This document shows, piece by piece, positions 50,229 to 58,245 of a stretch of DNA of 64,000 bases. This DNA comes from Thermoprotei archaeon (GTDB taxonomy: Archaea; Thermoproteota; Thermoprotei; QMSL01; B3-G16). The position numbers and the translations under genes were made by a program. The stretch is taken from contig JAGGXX010000007.1 in assembly GCA_021162845.1 (NCBI GenBank), positions 11,361-75,360 on the forward strand. Direction: 5' to 3'. The notes below the pieces were generated by a model. The model saw nothing but the letters and a program-made list of their open reading frames with translations, had not been told where the DNA came from and did no database searches. Position 1 is the first letter of the stretch. The number at the start of each line of letters is the position of its first letter.

Positions 50229-51455
50229 TTATTTAGTCTCACTTGTCTCACTACTTCTAAATACTAAGAATAGGTACGTTAGAGATAATGAGTAGATTGT
50301 TGCTGTAAGCCTTAAGGGTAGCTCTAAATCTATATCTAACATGTAGCCACCTAAGCCTCTACCAATAGCACTAGGCACACTACTAGATAGATCAACTATT
50401 GATGATGCTTTACCTCTATGCTCAGGTGGTACGACCGCCATCATGAATGCGGTAAAGAGTGGGTTTGCAACGTTCATTAATACTGACCTAGCTATGTATA
50501 ATGTGAACGCTAGCAAATAGTTATTAACGAGTGTTATAGCAACTAATAGAGGTATACTTGTAAAACTCACGAGAATATATGCCTTAATGGGACTACCAAC
50601 GAACTCACTAACTTCAGGCATAAACATCATGAGCAATGCCATAAGTAATGACTCAGTACCGTAGAGAGTACCTAACTCACCACTCTCAACACCATATTTA
50701 AGCATGAAGTAATAACTAATGTTATCTATGGAGATCGCGGCACCTAATCCCGTGATTGCTTCAAATACCATTATCTTGCTAATAACTCTCCACGTACTTT
50801 TAGGTATTCCCTTAAATGACCCTATAAACCCCTTCACACTCCTTGATGTTCTAGGGGTACCTGTGGTTTTGATCTTAATTAATGGAATAATAGTAAGTAA
50901 TGATAATATAGCTACAATAAGTAATGTATGCCTATAAACCTCAAGGTAGGATAAGCCACAAGTCCTAACAATTATCTCAGGTAACCAGCCAGCATAATTA
51001 CCTACAGTACTCCCCACCATATGTATAGCTTCAATATAAGGATAGACATAACAGTACTTTTCCTCCTTAGCAACTCTGCTAACCAATACTGTAAAACCTA
51101 TGGATGGTATGGAGCCAACAAATCCCCATAAAAATGCTGAAAGGTAAATCAGTATCTTTATGCCAGCAACCAACAATAAGATACTTCCTGAGGAAGCTAT
51201 CAATGACACTATCATTACATGAATTAGTCTAAACCGATCAATAATCCAGCCACTTATTGGTAACATTACAATATATGAAGCTAACAATAAAGAGCCGAAT
51301 AAGCCATACTCAAAAGGCGTAAACCCTGATGATCTAAGGTACGGTGCCTCAATAAGCCGTATTAAGGACCAAAAGAAGGCATCCATTACTGTATACGCTA
51401 TCAGCTCTAAAGGAACGTCTCTGAACCCTCTAATGACGCTATCTAATGGCTTCAT
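50229..51455 (-). CDS. MFS transporter
   Basis: ~12 TM segments, GW..DRF motif, P.F.AF.M..VP.E.RG; visibly AT-richer than core genes. Confidence 0.88.
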   Translation of the reverse strand: MKPLDSVIRGFRDVPLELIAYTVMDAFFWSLIRLIEAPYLRSSGFTPFEYGLFGSLLLASYIVMLPISGWIIDRFRLIHVMIVSLIASSGSILLLVAGIKILIYLSAFLWGFVGSIPSIGFTVLVSRVAKEEKYCYVYPYIEAIHMVGSTVGNYAGWLPEIIVRTCGLSYLEVYRHTLLIVAILSLLTIIPLIKIKTTGTPRTSRSVKGFIGSFKGIPKSTWRVISKIMVFEAITGLGAAISIDNISYYFMLKYGVESGELGTLYGTESLLMALLMMFMPEVSEFVGSPIKAYILVSFTSIPLLVAITLVNNYLLAFTLYIARSVLMNVANPLFTAFMMAVVPPEHRGKASSIVDLSSSVPSAIGRGLGGYMLDIDLELPLRLTATIYSLSLTYLFLVFRSSETSETK

Positions 51456-51835
51456 ACTTCTGGACCTTGCTTACGTATTTATGCTAAACTTGTCTATCTA
51501 GGTAAACTAGTCACTTAGCTGACCTATCTAGAGGAATGAGGTAGTAATTATAAAAGGTTAACTTTAAAGACACGTGAATGCTTGTAGGACTTAACTTGAT
51601 GTGATGAATTTTATTGCATAATAACTTTAACGCTAGCAAATCCCATCCATGGTAATTTTAATGATCTTATATCCTTTCGAAGTTTATTCTCTTTAAGTAT
51701 CCTCTCCTAATACCTTCGCTTTTAACGATGCTCTAATCGCTCCTCAATTTAACTAGAGTTCCATCTAAATCGAGTATCAGAGCTACGTCATTAAGTCCTA
51801 TTTTTTAACCTATTAACAACTTCTCTAACATAGGG

Positions 51836-52117
51836 GAGTTGGGGTCTTTAGGGAAGCCAAGAGGTTACTGAAGCCCCAGGGAGAGGCCTGGATATGCGAG
51901 TTATCCCGCGATGCATTCCCGAAGGAGGCCAGGGAGCTAACTAGGCAGATAGGGAACTCATAAGCTCCTGAAAATTATAGCCACACTACATGGAACGCCC
52001 AGGAAGGAGTTCCTCGCCGGAGCTATCCGCGAAGAACTGGAGAAGGCAGGGGTACGGTACAGGATAGAGCCCAGAGGCCTAGCTACGAAACTAGTCATAG
52101 AGAAGCCAGGTCCATAG
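51836..52117 (+). pseudogene. class I SAM-dependent methyltransferase C-terminal remnant
   Basis: VFREAKRLLKPQGEAWICE motif (E..R.LKPGG) with a downstream stop/frameshift; no N-terminal half. Confidence 0.6.
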
Positions 52118-52374
52118 AACCTGGAGTGTCACTATTTGGGGAAGTGTAAGATACCGCATAACATTAGTAGAGAGACGTTGATACCGTGCTGAAAACTAAA
52201 GATTATATCAAGATTATATCAAGACTTATTCTCTCTATCTAAGGTTACATAGAGCTACTATCAATAATTTCTCAACATTTACGCTTATCATTTTGTATTC
52301 AAAGGAAAGATCTAGGTTTCTGTCCTCGGTCATACAACAAGGTGAAAGACCATTTCCAGATCTGGTTAGGCCAC

Positions 52375-53025
52375 TCATCTCCTCATTCTATAATACACTA
52401 GGCAAATCTTCATAATAGTGTTGATGTATGTTATCGCTGCTAATAATACTAAACTGGGCAGTATTAGCCCCGTAATGCCGCCCAGAAGCACTATGAACAG
52501 ACGGACGTCTCTAGAGGCAGGAGGCCTAAGGTTCGGGGGTACAAATAGGTCTACGTTGATGCTACGTGCATTTGCCTCAGCAGCTAAATACGCTGGAAGC
52601 ACACTGCCCGTGACCGCTAAGAGCCCCACTAATAGCTTTATGAGTGAAAGACCATCTTCTGCTAAGTAAACTATCATTCCTGCACATATCGTTATGTCTG
52701 CAAGCCGATCAAGCATTGTATCTAAGAACCCCCCTCGCTTAGTCATCATTCCCCTCGCCCTAGCTAACTCGCCATCCACTCCGTCTATTATGGACGATAT
52801 CTGAGCTAGAATCCCTCCTAGGAAGGGCATCCCTAAGTAGAACGCGATCCCTGAAGCTATGGCCAGTAAGAACGAGATCACAGATACTTCATCAGGGGTA
52901 AGCGGGACATTCTTCGTTACTATGATCCTCGTAATCCTAGTCGATATCCGCCTATTTATATGCCTGGATACAGGCCCGTCCGTAGGCTTAATTAAACTCC
53001 TGAGGTCTAATTCGTTTTCCTGCAC
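52375..53025 (-). CDS. second CDP-alcohol phosphatidyltransferase, DIPPS-like paralog
   Basis: KPTDGPVSR.INR.IS, TP, D.VDGELAR.......GG.LD..LDR, SRDVR. Confidence 0.88.
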   Translation of the reverse strand: MQENELDLRSLIKPTDGPVSRHINRRISTRITRIIVTKNVPLTPDEVSVISFLLAIASGIAFYLGMPFLGGILAQISSIIDGVDGELARARGMMTKRGGFLDTMLDRLADITICAGMIVYLAEDGLSLIKLLVGLLAVTGSVLPAYLAAEANARSINVDLFVPPNLRPPASRDVRLFIVLLGGITGLILPSLVLLAAITYINTIMKICLVYYRMRR

Positions 53026-53443
53026 GAAAATCCGCCCCTATGGGGTGAAGGAGGTTCCAACTGGTAGTATGCTTAAGGTGGAATGGATATTAAGCTTAGC
53101 CAAGCTTCCTCGGCGAGGGGATCACATTGAAGATGCCGTCATTACGAGATGTTCACAGGCCGAGAAGAGGGCCTTAAGAGTACTTAAGGATTCCCGCGAA
53201 TGGCAGTAGCCTCATATGGATGAGCGCTTATGGCGAGTCAAAGGCTGTGAGCATTACGATAAAGAAGTAAGCTACGTATTTAGGTAATTCGGGTAATGCA
53301 TGTAGCGATAAAGGTGACCGATAGTAACCTCATGCTCAGCCCCCTCTAATACGGATAGTTCACTCTTAGTTAAAGCCAAGTGCAATTACTATGAGGGAAG
53401 ATCATGGTAAAAATAAAAGAAAGAAGGAAGGAGTTAACTATCT

Positions 53444-54145
53444 TTACGCTAATTTCCCGGGCTTAGCTGCTCTTTCTAAAAATTTTCTAGCTTCTTCAGC
53501 TTCCTCTTTAGGTATTTCTTTATGACAGAACCACCAATCAAAGCACTCATATTGCTTGGGCCTCTCTCTAGCTTCTTGAATCGTTGAGGCTGGGGGTATT
53601 ATCGCATGTTCACCTACTATTTCGTTATTAGGCCAATTAGCTGGTAACGCTACACCGTATTTCTTATTAACCTGTAGGCCCTTAACAATTCTAAGTATCT
53701 CGTCCAGGTTCCTGCCTAGTTCCTGCGGATAATACAATATGGCCCTAATGATTCCATCAGGATCCACTATAAATACCGCCCTTACGGTATGCGTAGCTGA
53801 CTGTGCGTGAAGCATTCCAAGCTTCCTAGCTACGAATCCCTGAGGGTCTGCGATTATTGGAAAAGGAACTTCTACGCCTAATTTATCTTTAATCCATTCG
53901 ATCCATTTTATATGACTAAAAGTACTATCTACACTAAGGCCTATAAGCTCAGCATTTAGTTTCTTAAAATCCTCATACCTCATGCTAAACGCTACAAACT
54001 CAGTTGTACAAACTGGTGTGAAATCCGCTGGGTGGCTAAATAAAACGAACCACTTACCTTGGAAATAGTCAGGTAATTTTATCCTGCCATGTGTGGTTTC
54101 TACTTCAATCTCCGGAAACTTCTCACCTATGCTAGGTACTTCCAT
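53444..54145 (-). CDS. peroxiredoxin (archaeal Prx6-type)
   Basis: [32 protein letters not shown]. Confidence 0.95.
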   Translation of the reverse strand: MEVPSIGEKFPEIEVETTHGRIKLPDYFQGKWFVLFSHPADFTPVCTTEFVAFSMRYEDFKKLNAELIGLSVDSTFSHIKWIEWIKDKLGVEVPFPIIADPQGFVARKLGMLHAQSATHTVRAVFIVDPDGIIRAILYYPQELGRNLDEILRIVKGLQVNKKYGVALPANWPNNEIVGEHAIIPPASTIQEARERPKQYECFDWWFCHKEIPKEEAEEARKFLERAAKPGKLA

Positions 54146-54414
54146 AACTTCACCTTATCATTTCATGATAATTAAAGATGAATTTATAAATATTGAATAA
54201 AAAGGGTTTCAGAATAATAATCTAGACAAAAATAAGTCCCCTGGTGTCATTCTCGGCTCTTAGAATAAGGTGGACTATGGTCTACCAGCCACGTTTGTCA
54301 AGAGCACCTCAGCCGATGAGAGCTGTCTGGGGGACTAAGCATGAAGAGGCCTTTGGTCCTCTTAAATGCTTAATGGAGGAGATAACTATTAAGTGTTAGA
54401 GGAGGGGTTTAGTT

Positions 54415-55059
54415 ATGATGAATATGAGGAGAAGCCAAATAGGCATTTACGGGATAATCCTGATATCCTTCATCATCAGTACCTACTTTTACCCGCAAAT
54501 GCCGGATGAAATGGCATCACACTGGAATGCCCATGGGCAGGTAGATGGTTACTTACCGAAATTCTGGGGATTATTCCTGATACCCTTCACCCTTATCGGC
54601 TTAGCCTTGCTTTTAGTAGCTATTCCTAAGATTGATCCCCTGAAGGAAAATATCGAAAAATTCAGAAAATACTATGATGGCTTCATTTTCCTATTCTTCA
54701 TTTTCATGCTACTTGTTCACCTTCAAATGATTTTATGGAACATTGGGATCAAAATCAATCCTAACATACTATTTCCTATAGGGTTCGGACCTCTGCTCTT
54801 TTATATCGGTATTCTCTGCGAGAAGACTAAGAGAAATTGGTTTATAGGTATAAGAACTCCTTGGACATTAAGTAGTGAAAGGGTATGGGAGAAGACCCAT
54901 AAAGTCGGTGGAAAGCTATTTAAGATTGCTGGAGTGATCGCCCTTTTAGGGGTATTCTTTCAGGACTATGCGTTATTCTTAATCCTCATTCCCGCGATCT
55001 TAACTGCTATTTATACGATTATCTACTCCTACCTTGAATATCAAAAAGAGATAAGGTAA
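54415..55059 (+). CDS. SdpI/YhfL-family immunity-type membrane protein (DUF1648)
   Basis: P..MASHW...G..DG, N.F.GIRTPWTL....W.KTH..GG. Confidence 0.9.
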   Translation: MMNMRRSQIGIYGIILISFIISTYFYPQMPDEMASHWNAHGQVDGYLPKFWGLFLIPFTLIGLALLLVAIPKIDPLKENIEKFRKYYDGFIFLFFIFMLLVHLQMILWNIGIKINPNILFPIGFGPLLFYIGILCEKTKRNWFIGIRTPWTLSSERVWEKTHKVGGKLFKIAGVIALLGVFFQDYALFLILIPAILTAIYTIIYSYLEYQKEIR

Positions 55060-55284
55060 TCGTATTTGGCCTTAAGAGAATATTTAGGGAAAGATCATAG
55101 TAATACCTAGGTTCTGTATTTCTTGCTTCATTTAGAGAACTTATCAGTAAGTTATGATCCTTAATTCCTAACATCTAAAGGGTTCTGTACTTCTTACCTC
55201 TCGATATCCTTAGGCCTTATTTGCTGGGCTATGTTCGCACTTAACTCAATAAGCTTCCTTACCAGAGACATCGATACCTATCGA

Positions 55285-55722
55285 TTAGCTCCCATATTCT
55301 GACCATTGTTCATATAGTTTACGTGTAAGCTCAAGTACTCTTCTGGCCATGCTCAAAGAACGTTCTGCATCCTCCTTCTTGAATAAGCGTTTAGCAGGAA
55401 TCTTTTTATATTCATCACCATAGAACGAGGGAGCTCTTTGCAATGCAAGGCTCGTACTAACCTCTATTATGAAGTTCAACTCTCGTCTAAACCACTCCGG
55501 CAACATACCCCTTATCCTTAGGATAGAGCTACTCACATCATGCGCTCTTGGATATTCAATGCCGAAAAGCCTCAGTATTGCCTTTAAACATAATTCGACG
55601 CACTCCTGAGCTCTTCTCACAGCCCTATGGTAAAGCTTGTTCTTCAATGCCATTTTACACTCCTCCAGTGAGTATTCTGCGTCCTCTAAATACGCCTCTC
55701 CCAGTTCTCTATTCGAACTCAT
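55285..55722 (-). CDS. HEPN-domain toxin
   Basis: AQECVEL.LKA.L, EYPR.HDV, QRAPSFYGDE; start placed at ATG 55722. Confidence 0.9.
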   Translation of the reverse strand: MSSNRELGEAYLEDAEYSLEECKMALKNKLYHRAVRRAQECVELCLKAILRLFGIEYPRAHDVSSSILRIRGMLPEWFRRELNFIIEVSTSLALQRAPSFYGDEYKKIPAKRLFKKEDAERSLSMARRVLELTRKLYEQWSEYGS

Positions 55723-56236
55723 AGGATATCTCCTCACCAAAGCGTAGGTCGGGCTTGAGGAGCCAAATCCACTCTTTCTCATTTAGCCATATCCTCTGGG
55801 CACCCAGCCTTCTTAATAACTTGGATACTCTATTGAGTATTCTCTCGAAGAAACAACCCTTGTCGTATAATATCACCGCATCGTGGATCATATCCAAGTA
55901 TATCGGCCTAAATACCGAGGCCTCCTCGATGTTCAAGGGGTAGAACTCAATGAATACATTATAGCCCATCTCCAGTAACTTCTGTACGAGATCAGTCCTA
56001 TAAATTCCAGCTAAGATCCTCCCTAAGACTATACATCGCTCGCCATAACTCATGTCAGTATCCAGTACTAGTAGAAGATCTATATCGCTATGCCTATTGT
56101 CGTCTCCTCGAGCAACACTTCCGTAGAGGACACAGCTAACTAGAGAATTACCAAGTGCCTTTTTAGCCTTATCAAGGGCAAGAACCACATATTCGCGTCT
56201 ATAAGGATCCCTTATGTGCTCGAGGCCTCTCCGCAT
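55709..56236 (-). CDS. minimal nucleotidyltransferase (MNT antitoxin)
   Basis: LYGSVARGD....SDID; ILYD; W.LKP tail. Confidence 0.9.
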   Translation of the reverse strand: MRRGLEHIRDPYRREYVVLALDKAKKALGNSLVSCVLYGSVARGDDNRHSDIDLLLVLDTDMSYGERCIVLGRILAGIYRTDLVQKLLEMGYNVFIEFYPLNIEEASVFRPIYLDMIHDAVILYDKGCFFERILNRVSKLLRRLGAQRIWLNEKEWIWLLKPDLRFGEEISYEFE

Positions 56237-56323
56237 ATCTTCTTCAAGAGTTTATCCAAGGAAAACATATTTAAAAACAGCTCAGTGAATTGAACCCGTT
56301 ATAGTTTTAGGTCATTACTTTAG

Positions 56324-56671
56324 CTAGCACGTGAGGTGCAGTGCGGCTACCGCTCGCTTTCCCTTCCCCATTAACTCATTAAATATCCTGCAAGCTTCCT
56401 TAGTTTTCGCTATGTAGACTTCTATCCCTCTTTCCCTTAACGTCCTTATAACGTCTTTTGGAACTCTCATGAAGCCGTAGTAACCAGTCCCTATCACTAG
56501 GGCTTCAGGGTTGTAATCGATGACTTCCTCTAGATCGCGAAGACATAGGCCATGCCCCTCTCTTCTCCACCAATTACTCCTTACCTTATCAGGGAATATG
56601 ATTACGTCCCTATCGTACTCCCTCCCATCAACAACTATCCTACCAAACTCGTAATGTCCTATCTTAGGCAT
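56324..56671 (-). CDS. Mth938-like (DUF498) domain protein
   Basis: Y.FG.I..DG..Y..D, WWR..GH, VIGTG..G, T..A...FN, LHLTC. Confidence 0.9.
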   Translation of the reverse strand: MPKIGHYEFGRIVVDGREYDRDVIIFPDKVRSNWWRREGHGLCLRDLEEVIDYNPEALVIGTGYYGFMRVPKDVIRTLRERGIEVYIAKTKEACRIFNELMGKGKRAVAALHLTC

Positions 56672-57013
56672 GCTCCCTATGTATTATTAATAATTTAGGG
56701 GATAAAGGTTTATTCTAAGGGAGGTGGAGATCAACTTTTCCAGCCTTTGATCCCAAGCTTTTAATTCGTCCTTCTTTAGCTCTTTAAGAAGAGCTCCTTC
56801 AGGGTCACATTAAATGCCAAAAAAGCCCGCTTTGCCAGTAAAGTGCCTTACCTCTCATCGCTTATACTTCAACTCCTCATTAGCTTACTCCATCTCGTGA
56901 TCTTTCTAGGCCCGGAGGGTTCTCATAATGCATTATCCTAGTGTAACCCTTCGCTCTCGCCAGCAATGTGAAGTTGCAATGAACAGTAGTTGCAAGATAA
57001 AATTATGGTTTAC

Positions 57014-57027
57014 AAGTGCATGCACTT
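57014..57027. promoter_or_regulatory. palindromic operator upstream of the orphan antitoxin
   Basis: Perfect 14-bp palindrome AAGTGCATGCACTT just upstream of the start. Confidence 0.55.
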
Positions 57028-57031
57028 ATAA

Positions 57032-57265
57032 ATGGTGACTTCGATGGGCGTGAAGACTATAACTATATCGATAGAGGCGTATAACGCACTAGTGAGAGAG
57101 AAGAGACCCGGTGAGAGCTTTTCGGATGTAATTCTCAGGCTCATTAGATCTCGTGGTGACCTAATGGAGTTGGCTGGCTCATGGTCCGATCTTGACGATG
57201 AAGAAGTGGGGGAATCCTTCGCATCCTCATCCGGATGCCAGAGATCATTGTTTCTACCTTCGTAG
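57032..57265 (+). pseudogene. UPF0330/DUF217-type VapB antitoxin, 3'-truncated, toxin absent
   Basis: KTITIS.EAY..L...K..GESFSDVI.RL....L...AG.W; sequence becomes unrelated after ~57210. Confidence 0.75.
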
Positions 57266-57380
57266 TCCGCGATTCCTATTATCACGGCCCACTTATTAGG
57301 CTTTGATAGATCTGGAGCGAATGTCCTGTTCCGCCTTCCCCTCCCTCTACCAGCATCTCCAAGACTGGAAAGGATAGGGG
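57210..57380 (-). pseudogene. caspase-like (peptidase C14) N-terminal remnant
   Basis: Manual translation KPNKWAVIIGIADYEGRNNDLWHPDEDAKD matches the metacaspase start (A..IGI.DY....L.....DA); truncated at ~57210. Confidence 0.6.
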
Positions 57381-57522
57381 ACTACCTCGTAAAGGCATTA
57401 TAAGGGAAGAACTATGAGCTGGGCCTTTGAAATAAGGCTATGTGAGGATGATGCCTATGACCTTAGGCAGATCTTACCCCTATCGCTTAAGAAGTTATGG
57501 TGATCCCTGAATCGAGGGAGCT

Positions 57523-57921
57523 CTATGGTACTGTGCTGATGCCTAGCTTCCGTGCGATCGCTCTCTGACGCTGATCTAGTGTGAGTAGAGGTAAGTTCTC
57601 CTTAACAGCCAAGGCTATGTAAAGTGAATCATAGATCGTCAGTCCTGTGGATAGCGCTATTCGGTAGGAGTCATTAACATACATAATCTCGTCCTTGAGT
57701 TCCATGTTCTTGCTTAAATATTCCATGAATAGCCTTAGAGCTTCCTCAGCTTGCCTTCTATTTAACCTATTCCGTAAGTAAGTAGCCTTCCAAACCGCAT
57801 TGTAGAACTCCTTGACTACATGATCTACAGACACTGTCCTTACCATGTACCTAGCGAGGTCCTTCCACCCTTCTTCACGGAGGAAGAAGGCTATTACAGC
57901 TGAGGCATCAACCGCTATCAC
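57523..57921 (-). CDS. vapC: PIN-domain VapC toxin
   Basis: IAVDASA, KE..NAVW, TIYDSLYIALA, LLTLD..Q. Confidence 0.92.
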   Translation of the reverse strand: MIAVDASAVIAFFLREEGWKDLARYMVRTVSVDHVVKEFYNAVWKATYLRNRLNRRQAEEALRLFMEYLSKNMELKDEIMYVNDSYRIALSTGLTIYDSLYIALAVKENLPLLTLDQRQRAIARKLGISTVP

Positions 57922-58141
57922 GATCCTCCCTCACCGAGTTAGTGGAAAAACCCTCGGGTACGCTCCAGTCGGCCCGCTCCAAGCGCTCTAGTACCTCCCT
58001 AAAGTTCTCCTTAGCTTCAAGTTCCTTGAGCCTTTCTTCAACGAACCTCCTAAGCTCTTCAGCCCAATTGACTTTATCCCTATACTTATCCATGAGTTCC
58101 TTTATCTCTCTCTTAACCTTGAAACTCACGACCGTGGACAT
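57908..58141 (-). CDS. vapB: RHH-type VapB antitoxin
   Basis: VVSFKV..E.K..MD.....NW.EELR.F...VREDRD. Confidence 0.88.
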   Translation of the reverse strand: MSTVVSFKVKREIKELMDKYRDKVNWAEELRRFVEERLKELEAKENFREVLERLERADWSVPEGFSTNSVREDRDSG

Positions 58142-58245
58142 AGGCCTACCAACTGGTATTACTAATAGGTAGACTTATATGGTTTACTCATGAGTTAGAG
58201 CAGGAGGTGATAAAGTAATTAGCCCTCTCTAGCTTAGTTAATCAT

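Noticed and set aside
52199-52224. Tandem duplication of AAGATTATATC
   Set aside because: Only two copies of an 11-mer, consistent with simple slippage.
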